DNA of 64,000 nt from NCBI GenBank assembly GCA_963769025.1, contig CAVYKI010000012.1, positions 128,001 to 192,000 of the forward strand, given 5' to 3'. The notes below the pieces were generated by a model. The model made no database searches, had not been told where the DNA came from, and saw only the letters and a list, made by a program, of their open reading frames with translations. This document shows positions 20,488-28,893 of this stretch, one piece after another; within the stretch, counting starts at the first letter, position 1, and each line of letters begins with the position of its first letter. Both the position numbers and the translations under genes were made by a program. Source of the DNA: an uncultured Verrucomicrobiae bacterium. GTDB lineage: Bacteria; Verrucomicrobiota; Verrucomicrobiia; Chthoniobacterales; Chthoniobacteraceae.

Positions 20488-23400
20488 CAGGACGGGCGCG
20501 GTTTCAGCACGAAATTCGGAGACCCGTAGTGGAGATAGTCGGCCCAGTCGGCGCTGCCGGATTCCTGCACAACGCGTCGCGCGCCAGTCACGCAAGGCCC
20601 GAGCGGCTGGCCGGCGAGCAGACCTTGGTAAAAGGATTCGGCGAATTTGCATGCCGGGCCGTCGCCGACGGGCCAGTAGGTCCCGAGGAAATTTGCGACG
20701 CCGCCACGCATGAACGCCTCGGCCACGCTGACGAGACCGAGCAGCCGATCGGGATGGGACTTCGCGGTTCCACCCCGCGCCACACCGCGGACACGCGCGG
20801 ATTCGCAGGCATTGAAAAATACAAGCAAGGGGAGCTGGCCCAGCCCTGCAACGTCGGCTCCGCTGAGGACTGACGGATTGTCCGGGCTCGGCGGCGCGCA
20901 GATGAGGCCGCTTTGCGCGGGCGCATCCGGGTCGAAAAACGCGTGTCCGGCGTAGTGGACCACGTCGAACTCGCCGGAACGGAAGTGATCGAGCAGCCGC
21001 GGGCGCGTCGCTTCGGCCTCCCGCAGCTCGGTCAGGACAATGTCGCGCCGTTCCGTGAACAGCGCGCGGATGCGTTCCCCTTCCTCGACGGCGCCTTCGA
21101 GGTCGCCGGTGGGATTGACGACGAGGAGCACGCGGAGCTTTTCATCGCGGCGCCGGGCCTCGACCCATTTTGCCACGGAAAGATTCGCCGCGGCGTACTG
21201 CCGCGAGAGGCCCGGTCCGCGCGCTGGCGCATACTCGCCCGCAGGTCCGAGACGGAGGGTTTCCCACGGGATGCGCGAGGCTTCCTCGTCGTGAACAAGG
21301 ATGATCGGCGTCTCGCGGTCATTGAGAAGCAGGTCGCGATGGGTCGGATGGAGCAGCAGCTCGGCGATGCGTTCGCCGCTTTGTCCGACCTCGTCGGCGC
21401 TGACATCGTCGCCCCAACTCGTCGGCTTCACCGGGTCGAGGATGGACTGCAGTTCGGCCTTGGACACCGTCTGGACTTCACGAGGCGTGGCGGATCGGCC
21501 GCCCGGGGAAATGAGCGTGGTTTCAAATTTCAAGGCGGCGGTCTCGTGCGTGACACGCACAAACAGGTAGGCCGGATCGCGCCCCATCTTGCCCGCATTG
21601 GCAGCGGAGACCGTGCGGTGCTCCAGGATGGCGGGCGGCGGCAGCGTGCGTTCGTCGAGCCGCACCTGCACGGAGTCGAAGAGCGGCGTGGGCAGCAGAT
21701 CGAGCAGGGCTTGGCGCAGCGTCGCGAAACGGACCGGGTCCGCCTCGCAGAGAGTGACGCGGCGGAAACGCCGGCGGTGGGGCGAGTCGGCGAGGCCGCG
21801 CAGGAAACCCCGCATGAAGTGCGTGAGCCCCTGGCGCATGAGCGCCGGGCCCGCCTCGGCGAGATTGCCAAAGAGCAGCGTCGCAAACTCCGAAACACCC
21901 GCGCCGAGCAGAGTGCGCAGGGTGTTCTCCGCGACCAGTTCGAGCGTGTCCCACGCGAGTTCGCCGGAGGCTTTCAGGAAGCTGTCCATCGGGCCGAGGC
22001 CGGCGACAGCCACGATGTCGCTGCGCAGAGGATGGCGCCCGGTCGGCAGGACGAACATCCCACCCACGTTCGAGCTAAACATGCGGCGCTGGATCATATC
22101 GGCGAGCACGCCGTCCATCTTCGCATCCACGGCCTGGCCGGCGCGGCCGAGATCCATGTTTTGGAATCTGGCGAGGACGATGGCCTCGGAATCGACCTCC
22201 GCGATGTCGCCTTGGGCAAGCTCGATCTCGAGGTATAGCTGGGTCTCCCGCGAGACGACGAAACCATGCAGCGGAGCCGCTTCGGCCGGTGCGGGCGCCG
22301 CTCCGGCGGCGGGCAGCGCGACGCCGAGGCCGAGGGGCGCATCGAGCACCCCGCGCAGGCGGGCCGCGGCTTCGCTCACGCTCGAGGGGCCCGGGATGGA
22401 ACGTACGCGCGCTGCGCTGCGCGAGCGGCTGCCCATCTGTTCGTCAGTCACCCAATCCACCGGCGCGGGCCGCACGATGGGGAGCGCGTTGGGGAGCGCG
22501 GTGACGGCCTCGCCTTTGAAAAGCTGGACGACCGCCTGCTTCACGGAGTCATTCATCGTCAGCGTTCCGTGGCCGTGCTTCACGTAGAAGACCTGTGCAT
22601 CCTTCAACTCCGGAAGCCGCGCGGAGGCGAGCGGCACGGTGCCATCGCCCACAAAACTGCGCTGGTAGCGCATGCCGCCCCCGGGGATGCGCTCGCCGCG
22701 GACAATCGTCTCCTGGTCGATCCCGGCGATGAGCCGCCAGTCGGCCGGAGCCGGCGCGAGCAGCGAGCCGACCGACGCGGCTTCCGCGAGCACGTCGGCA
22801 ACGACCCGCGGCGATGCGGGCCAGAGGGAAGGATCGTGCCAGTTGAGGCCATTGGCGATCGGCCCGAGCGGAAGCATTTGCGCGAGCCCCGGAAAGGTGG
22901 CGAACACCTTCTCGGTAAGCTCGACATTGCTGTCCGCCAGGTCGAGCCCGCTGATTTTTGAGGCGAGATCATGCACGCCACGCAGGGCTAGCACGGGCGA
23001 GTAGGAGCCGAAATTCGGCGTGCCCATCATCACCACCGTGCCGATGTTCGCCGCGCCTTGCTTGAGCGCAGCCCTGGCGACGAGCCCGCCCATGCTGTGG
23101 GCGGCGAGATGCACCTTGCCCGGGCCGAGCGACGCGAGCCTGGCCTTCAGTGCGGCGCCGAGTTCACGCAGGTTCAGCCGCCAGTCGAACGGAAAATAGT
23201 CCGCATCGAAGCCCGCAGCCTGAAGCGTCAGCTTCAAGCCCAGATAGACCAGCGGGAACGGATCGAGCGCGATGATCTTTTTCTTCGAGGGGATGGCCAG
23301 CAGTTTGAGCCGGCCGATGAGCACATCGAGCGGATCGATCCACAGGGTGTCGTGGAAGAACGAGAGGATCGGCCGCCTGTATCCGAGCGTGGAGCCCATG

Positions 23401-23666
23401 ATGCCCGGCAGCACGAGCGCCTTGGGCCGCACGGCGCGCGTCCCGCGCGTGGTGGACTGCGCCGCACGCGCCAGGCGCAGCATCTCCGGGAGCTGCGGGC
23501 CAAAGTAGAGTTCCATCTCCGCATCGACCTCGCCGGCAGCCAGTCGCCGCTCGATCTCGTCGATCGTCATGGTGAATATGCTCGGGGGCGGCGGCGGTGC
23601 GGACCGCGGCTTTCGCCCGCGGACACGCTTGGGAGCACGACCGGTGGGTTTGCGTCGGGTCTTCAT
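20487..23666 (-). CDS. Multidomain protein: alpha/beta-hydrolase lipase/acyltransferase, macro/M17-N-like domain and CHAT protease (alternative start 23570)
   Basis: LPGIMGS, YFPFDWR, AHSMGG, GTPNFGS, GDGTVP, HGTL; central IELAQGDIAEVDSEAIV; IPWETL, NPTGDL, VVHYAGH, FFNACES, FLGTYWPVGD, DWADYLHYG. Confidence 0.88.
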   Translation of the reverse strand: MKTRRKPTGRAPKRVRGRKPRSAPPPPPSIFTMTIDEIERRLAAGEVDAEMELYFGPQLPEMLRLARAAQSTTRGTRAVRPKALVLPGIMGSTLGYRRPILSFFHDTLWIDPLDVLIGRLKLLAIPSKKKIIALDPFPLVYLGLKLTLQAAGFDADYFPFDWRLNLRELGAALKARLASLGPGKVHLAAHSMGGLVARAALKQGAANIGTVVMMGTPNFGSYSPVLALRGVHDLASKISGLDLADSNVELTEKVFATFPGLAQMLPLGPIANGLNWHDPSLWPASPRVVADVLAEAASVGSLLAPAPADWRLIAGIDQETIVRGERIPGGGMRYQRSFVGDGTVPLASARLPELKDAQVFYVKHGHGTLTMNDSVKQAVVQLFKGEAVTALPNALPIVRPAPVDWVTDEQMGSRSRSAARVRSIPGPSSVSEAAARLRGVLDAPLGLGVALPAAGAAPAPAEAAPLHGFVVSRETQLYLEIELAQGDIAEVDSEAIVLARFQNMDLGRAGQAVDAKMDGVLADMIQRRMFSSNVGGMFVLPTGRHPLRSDIVAVAGLGPMDSFLKASGELAWDTLELVAENTLRTLLGAGVSEFATLLFGNLAEAGPALMRQGLTHFMRGFLRGLADSPHRRRFRRVTLCEADPVRFATLRQALLDLLPTPLFDSVQVRLDERTLPPPAILEHRTVSAANAGKMGRDPAYLFVRVTHETAALKFETTLISPGGRSATPREVQTVSKAELQSILDPVKPTSWGDDVSADEVGQSGERIAELLLHPTHRDLLLNDRETPIILVHDEEASRIPWETLRLGPAGEYAPARGPGLSRQYAAANLSVAKWVEARRRDEKLRVLLVVNPTGDLEGAVEEGERIRALFTERRDIVLTELREAEATRPRLLDHFRSGEFDVVHYAGHAFFDPDAPAQSGLICAPPSPDNPSVLSGADVAGLGQLPLLVFFNACESARVRGVARGGTAKSHPDRLLGLVSVAEAFMRGGVANFLGTYWPVGDGPACKFAESFYQGLLAGQPLGPCVTGARRVVQESGSADWADYLHYGSPNFVLKPRPS

Positions 23667-23679
23667 GACAGGGGCGGAG

Positions 23680-25035
23680 CTAGGTGTTTTCGAGCAGCAC
23701 GTAGGGGATCACCACCCGCTTCCACTTGTCGCCGTGATACCGGCGGGCGAGATCGGTCGCGAGTGCGATGAAGCTGCCCCATTGGTCCGGATGCAGCGTC
23801 TGGCAACCGAGGCTCGACGTGCCGTGGTAGCTGCCGCAATGGATGTTGATTCCGAAATTTCCGGTGTCCTTGTAGTTCTCCCTCTTGCCGTCGCGCGTGA
23901 CGGTCACCTTCCCCGCACGCTGGCAGAGCGCGAGGTACTTGCCGTTGTGGATGTCGAACCGATGGACGAACCACGCACCGGGATCGAGCGAGGCGATGCC
24001 CTTGGTGTCCTCCGCGAAGCCCTGCCCCGGCCGGATTCTCGATGGGTCCGTGTTTCCATTGAAGTTCGCAAAGCTGTCCGGCGAATCGATGAAGATCGCG
24101 TCGTCGTACATCCCGCGATCGTTCACCCCCGGCGCGCCCATGGTGTCACGGTAGTAGCCGCGGATGCCGACGACGATGAGCGGATGCGTTGCGCGATCGA
24201 TGGCGAATGGCGCGAGCTTCGCCGAGAGTTCCTGCTGGCTCATGTTCGGCTTCGCGCCCGGCAGCTCGCCGCCGCGCGTGCGCACAGGCGCCGTTCCTCG
24301 GGAACGGGTTGCGAGCAGCACCGCATCGGGTTCTGGACGTTTCGATTTCTTGCGGGCTTTCGGGCGCCTGGCTTTGCCGCGACTCCGCGGCGCGCCCATC
24401 GCGTCGATCTCCACCTGGGCTGCGGGCGTGAATTGCTTCACGTTGTCGCGGTAGTTCCGCGCAGCCTGTCCGCCGCCATTGTACGCGCGCACCGCCTCCC
24501 ATAGGTTTCCCCCGTTGCTCCGGTAATTGCCTTTGAGTTCGCCGATGACGCGGCGCAGGCACACCTCGAAGTCGTACCACTGCCGGAACCGGAAGTACGC
24601 CTCGTCCTCGATCACGAATTGCAGGTCGTATTGGAAGATGCCGTAGCCTTTGTAGATCCAGTGCTTCGGACCCATCCCGCGCATTGCGCGCGTGGCATTG
24701 GCCTCCTCGACGAGCATTTCGCCAAAGGCGCGATCGTAACGGTCGTAGAACGCCTCGGTGTTCCGTGGAAACGCACTGCGGCTCGTGCCGGCAACCTCGC
24801 CGGACGCATCGAGGACGCAACGCGCGACGACTTCGTCCGGCGAAATTTTGCTGCCCGGCTTGGTGACCAGCGGCAACCAAAAATAGGCTGTCTCCTGGCA
24901 GACGATCCCGCAGAGCAGCGCGGGGCTGAATGGCGTCCCATCCGTCGCGGCGCGGATGCTTCCGCCGAAGTGGGTCATGAGCCAGTTGGTGGCTTTGCGG
25001 GCACTGTTGAGGGAGATAGGCAGGTCTTCGGGCAT
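23680..25035 (-). CDS. Putative bifunctional peptidoglycan enzyme: lysozyme/SLT-like N-domain and L,D-transpeptidase-like C-domain
   Basis: GIVCQET, GYGIFQYD, AVRAYNG; basic linker; VVGIRGYY, YDDAIF, NTDPS, GINIHCGSYHGTSSLGCQT (His..Cys). Confidence 0.7.
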   Translation of the reverse strand: MPEDLPISLNSARKATNWLMTHFGGSIRAATDGTPFSPALLCGIVCQETAYFWLPLVTKPGSKISPDEVVARCVLDASGEVAGTSRSAFPRNTEAFYDRYDRAFGEMLVEEANATRAMRGMGPKHWIYKGYGIFQYDLQFVIEDEAYFRFRQWYDFEVCLRRVIGELKGNYRSNGGNLWEAVRAYNGGGQAARNYRDNVKQFTPAAQVEIDAMGAPRSRGKARRPKARKKSKRPEPDAVLLATRSRGTAPVRTRGGELPGAKPNMSQQELSAKLAPFAIDRATHPLIVVGIRGYYRDTMGAPGVNDRGMYDDAIFIDSPDSFANFNGNTDPSRIRPGQGFAEDTKGIASLDPGAWFVHRFDIHNGKYLALCQRAGKVTVTRDGKRENYKDTGNFGINIHCGSYHGTSSLGCQTLHPDQWGSFIALATDLARRYHGDKWKRVVIPYVLLENT

Positions 25036-25139
25036 GGTTTGGATGGGTTGGGTTGGTCAGCGGAAAAGGCGCAGTCAGGCATTGGCCGCCGCGAATCCAC
25101 GGACCGGGTCGGTTCCGCGACGCGGCGAACCGAATTGCT

Positions 25140-26018
25140 TCATCGGGATGCGGTGGTGGCCGGACGCTCCTTCGAGCCGGCCTTCGGTCTGGCGTTCCTG
25201 ATCTCGAGGGTGAAAGGCGGTTCGTTCTCGAACGCCTTGTTCGGCGCGCCGATCACGAAGTAGTTGGGAGTCTGATCCCTCGACATGCGCGCGGCGATAT
25301 GGTCGCGGAAGTTCCTGTAGTTCCCACGAAACCGGCCGTCGGCCCAGACCTGCTTCAAGGCGCCGGTGAAAGCCCCGTTGAAGTCGCCATCCCGCGAGAG
25401 CTGCCGGTCCTGACAGCCGGAAATCAGAAGGACGGTGGCTTTGACATCCTGCTGTTCCGCTCCGGTCACACGTCGCTGGATTGCATCGTATCGGGTCTTG
25501 TTTTTTTCATAGACCTCCTTTGCCTTGGCCGGCGGGAGGAGGCGCGCCCGCCCTTTGGGCATTCGCTCGAACGCGCGCGTCACAGAGCCGCTGTGGCAGC
25601 TGTCCGACAGGACGAGAATGCGCACCCCCGCCCTGAACCGCGCATACAGCGCGGCGAGTTCGTCATCGATCAGTTCCCGATCAAAAAGACACCATGTCTC
25701 GTCCATGCCGTCCGCCGTATCGCCGAAGCGCCCTTCATCGCCATTCGTATCGGGCACCTGCCCGCCGTGGCCGGAGTAGGTGAGGAAGAAAGTGTCGCCG
25801 CTTTTCAACGACTTCGCCGCACTCAGTATCGCCTGCTGCACCGCCTTGGCAGTGACTTGCTTTCGCAACAGCGTCCGCGGCTTGAAACCGCAGGATTTCG
25901 CGAGCGCCGTCATGTCTTTCGCGTCAGCTTCGCAGGCGAATAGTTCACCGTCCCAGCCCGCGTAGTGCTTGGGATCGACATAGTTGAGCCCGAGGTGGAG
26001 TGAGATTCCTATTTTCAT
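25140..26018 (-). CDS. Metacaspase (peptidase C14)
   Basis: LGLNY, CEADAKDM, TYSGHGGQVPD, DGMDETWC, DDEL, SDSCHSGS, ISGCQDRQLSRD, GAFT, QTPNY. Confidence 0.93.
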   Translation of the reverse strand: MKIGISLHLGLNYVDPKHYAGWDGELFACEADAKDMTALAKSCGFKPRTLLRKQVTAKAVQQAILSAAKSLKSGDTFFLTYSGHGGQVPDTNGDEGRFGDTADGMDETWCLFDRELIDDELAALYARFRAGVRILVLSDSCHSGSVTRAFERMPKGRARLLPPAKAKEVYEKNKTRYDAIQRRVTGAEQQDVKATVLLISGCQDRQLSRDGDFNGAFTGALKQVWADGRFRGNYRNFRDHIAARMSRDQTPNYFVIGAPNKAFENEPPFTLEIRNARPKAGSKERPATTASR

Positions 26019-26240
26019 GGGATGGACGTGCGTTGATTTGTTGTTCGAAAATCGATGACCGGCGTCAGGTCGCGGACTCCATCAGCCTCGGCCCTGCATT
26101 CCTCCGGCAATTGCGCCCGGCGGTGGGGATGATGCAATCCTCGCTCACAGCAAAAGGGATGCGGAACGCCAACCGCATCGTGCTTCGAAAGTTCATCCTC
26201 AGCTTCAAAGGGCTCATCGCTGGCTTGGAGGGTGGCATGG

Positions 26241-27341
26241 CTAATTGAAATCGATCGAGAAACCGGCGCCGATGATGTTTCCCTGTTTGTAAGTCGGAGC
26301 CAGCTCGCCCACGGTGTATTTGATGGCAAAACTGGTTTTCGCACCGGGTTTGTCCAAGAGCAGGTGAAGGTATTTCGCCTCAAAGAAAGGGTGGAAGCCC
26401 CGGTCGGAACCATCAATGTCGTAGTGGCCGTTGAATACAAATGCGATGCGATCGTTCTTAAAGATGCCGGTCTCCCATTCCGCTCGGATTGCGATCCGGT
26501 TCTTGTCATTACCACTTGCCGCGCCCGAGACCTTGCGGGCGGTGACATAGCCATAGCCCGCGGATACATCAAGGTGGCGCGCGTTATTGGTATTCTGTTG
26601 GCCAAAGCGGAGCACCTTGAAGGGAGCATCAAGGATCGGATTCAGGAAGCTGGTGGTGGCCGCTAGGGACGCTCCGACCGCGAGATCCTGATCCTTGCCA
26701 TCCTGCGTGGTCTCCCACTTTGCGCTGGCTTTCGCATAGATCCACAATGGGGACTGAACTTGTGCCGCCAGGTTTCGGCCTAGTGGAATGTCAGGATTGA
26801 GTTTCCGATCGCTGCCGGTGCCCGTGCTCCAGATATTGCCGGTTGCCTGGGCGGGTGCCGGCCTCTCGAGTATCCATAGTGGGTCGAATTTCAACGCCGC
26901 CTCGGTCGTAATGCTGTCGAGTTGGTTTTTGCTCGGATCGGTGACCAAGAAACCCTCTCCCTTTAGCGATGCCTTCCATGTTCGCTCAAGGGCCGCGCTT
27001 GTCCGCGCCGCATCCGATGTCAGATTCTGTTCGAAATGGAACTTGTACTCGATTCCAAACTCACCCTTTGATGCCTCAATTGCCCGGAAATCAATCTGAA
27101 CATTCTCCGTGTCCAGAAGGCCGAATATCTTTTCCCCACGCCCATCCTCTTTGCCTTTCTCTTTCGTGCCTGCCGAGTCCTTTCCAACTCCCGTTTTCGC
27201 GGAAGCTGCGCCTTCCTCACTCGGCTCGCCTGTCTTTGGCAGCTTTCCGTCTGGAGTCCCGCCTTTCTTCGTCGGCGGATTGGCTGCGGCATCGAGAACC
27301 GCCAACGCAAGCGCTGCGATTATCGAAATGGTCGCTTTCAT
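26241..27341 (-). CDS. Secreted hypothetical protein, possibly an outer-membrane beta-barrel (alternative start 27362)
   Basis: Signal peptide MKATISIIAALALAVLDAAA; amphipathic beta-strand pattern; C-terminal IIGAGFSIDFN. Confidence 0.65.
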   Translation of the reverse strand: MKATISIIAALALAVLDAAANPPTKKGGTPDGKLPKTGEPSEEGAASAKTGVGKDSAGTKEKGKEDGRGEKIFGLLDTENVQIDFRAIEASKGEFGIEYKFHFEQNLTSDAARTSAALERTWKASLKGEGFLVTDPSKNQLDSITTEAALKFDPLWILERPAPAQATGNIWSTGTGSDRKLNPDIPLGRNLAAQVQSPLWIYAKASAKWETTQDGKDQDLAVGASLAATTSFLNPILDAPFKVLRFGQQNTNNARHLDVSAGYGYVTARKVSGAASGNDKNRIAIRAEWETGIFKNDRIAFVFNGHYDIDGSDRGFHPFFEAKYLHLLLDKPGAKTSFAIKYTVGELAPTYKQGNIIGAGFSIDFN

Positions 27342-27368
27342 TGAGGGCGGATAGGTTTGCATCCGGGT

Positions 27369-27716
27369 TCAGGGGAGAAAGGGTGGGAACACCGCCTTCT
27401 TGGCCCAGTTGGCAGCCACCTTGGAGTTTTTGACGTCGTCATCTGCTAGTTCAGAGAGGACGTTGCTCATGCTCAAAGTTACCCCCAAGGAAGCGAGCAC
27501 ACGGCTGAAATTGTAGGCAAATCTCTGCTTGCTGCGGTTACGCACCTCGGAATTCTCCCCCCAGCGAAGGTTGCCGACATTGCTCTCCAGAAAATTTTCA
27601 AACCCGCTGTCTGTCTCGGGATAAGGATTCACATCATCGAGAGGGTTATCGCTCACTCCGAAGTAGAGGGACTCCATCTTTCGGGTTTTTTGATCCAAGT
27701 TAGGCTGTGTTGGCAT
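27369..27716 (-). CDS. Small hypothetical protein (115 aa)
   Basis: Clean ORF with protein-like composition, co-oriented and closely spaced with the next gene. Confidence 0.65.
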   Translation of the reverse strand: MPTQPNLDQKTRKMESLYFGVSDNPLDDVNPYPETDSGFENFLESNVGNLRWGENSEVRNRSKQRFAYNFSRVLASLGVTLSMSNVLSELADDDVKNSKVAANWAKKAVFPPFLP

Positions 27717-28080
27717 TGGTACGGGTGTTATGTTTTTTTTGTGATCGCCCGCATTTCCGGGCCTCCGTTCTCAGGAAATGCCCGCGTTGCTGGAAGCAAT
27801 GGGGCGGTCGTGGCCACGGAGGATTTGACGCATCAGATCAATGGCCCCCTGCGTCCAAAAGTAGGCACTCTGGATATCGCTTTCCTTTCCGTGGCGCTTG
27901 CGGTTCGTAATCATCCGGAACTTCGGCATGTCGCAGAGGAGAGCAGGAACCGTTTAGGGTTCGCAATCGGGTGAACTCCTGAATTTTACGGGGTGTTCCC
28001 CCTATTCTCCAGAAGGCTGAATTCAGTGGCACAAAATGGCCGTTTTCACTCGGTGAACGCCCCGGTGTTTTACGGGTAGC

Positions 28081-28108
28081 TTGACAAATCCGGCATGGGC
28101 AATACACC
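28081..28108 (+). promoter_or_regulatory. Putative sigma70 promoter (TTGACA-N16-TACACC) of the response regulator
   Basis: Perfect -35 hexamer at 28081; weak -10; ATG at 28112. Confidence 0.4.
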
Positions 28109-28111
28109 CGC

Positions 28112-28837
28112 ATGAGCATTCATTCCGCAGCGGGCGCGGCCTGCGGGAATGAGGAAATCTTCACCAATCCCAGACTCGTTATGAAGGCGGCCTCTGTTTC
28201 GGAATCGCTCTGTTCACGGACCCGTGTCGTGGTGGTGGATGACCACGCTTCGCTGCGGGAGATGCTGGTGATGATCCTGAAGCTCGAAGGCTGCTACGAG
28301 GTGGTGGGTGAGGCGTCGGGCGGCATGGAGGCGATGAAGGTGTGCCGGGCCACGCAGCCGGAATTGGTGATTCTCGATCTCGCGCTGCCGGAATTGAGCG
28401 GTTCGCATTTGATCCGCCTGCTCCTGCACGAATCCTGGCCGGTCCGGGTGGTGGTGTACAGCGGCGCGATGGACGAATCACTGCTGCGCGAGGCGTTGGC
28501 GGAAGGGCCGCACGGGTTCGTGCGCAAGGAGGATTCGCTGCCGGAACTGCGCACCGCGTTGAAGGCGGTGGTTTCCGGTTCGCGGCACGTTTCGAGGTGC
28601 TCGGAGCACCTGGTGCCGAGACGCGGCGGGGATGAAATCCAACTGCTCACGACCCAGGAATGCGCGGTGCTGCAGATGATCGCGGAGGGCAGGCACACGA
28701 AGGAAATCGCAAAGGCCCTCGGGACGTCGGACAAGACCGTGGAGCACCACCGGCAGAATGTGATGAAAAAGCTGAGGCTGCATGATGTCGCCGGGATTAC
28801 GCGATATGCGATCCGGCACCGGATGGTGCAGGCGTAA
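28112..28837 (+). CDS. NarL/LuxR-family response regulator (alternative start 28181)
   Basis: VVVDDH, ILDLALPELSG, FVRKED; HTH LTTQECAVLQMIAEG..TKEIAKAL..SDKTVEHHRQNVMKKL. Confidence 0.92.
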   Translation: MSIHSAAGAACGNEEIFTNPRLVMKAASVSESLCSRTRVVVVDDHASLREMLVMILKLEGCYEVVGEASGGMEAMKVCRATQPELVILDLALPELSGSHLIRLLLHESWPVRVVVYSGAMDESLLREALAEGPHGFVRKEDSLPELRTALKAVVSGSRHVSRCSEHLVPRRGGDEIQLLTTQECAVLQMIAEGRHTKEIAKALGTSDKTVEHHRQNVMKKLRLHDVAGITRYAIRHRMVQA

Positions 28838-28893
28838 GGGCTCGAAGCGGAGTGGACGGGTGCGGCCGGGTGGGCGAGGCTGCGCGGGTGCAA

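Noticed and set aside
19354..27716. Assignment of the protease cluster to a known gasdermin, CBASS, Avs or type III CRISPR-linked system
   Set aside because: No recognisable gasdermin, cyclase, STAND NTPase, SAVED/CARF domain or cas gene in the window.
27771..27929. Possible 52-aa minus-strand ORF (MPKFRMITNRKRHGKESDIQSAYFW...) upstream of the protease cluster
   Set aside because: Short, with no motif or clear ribosome-binding site; it cannot be told apart from a chance ORF.
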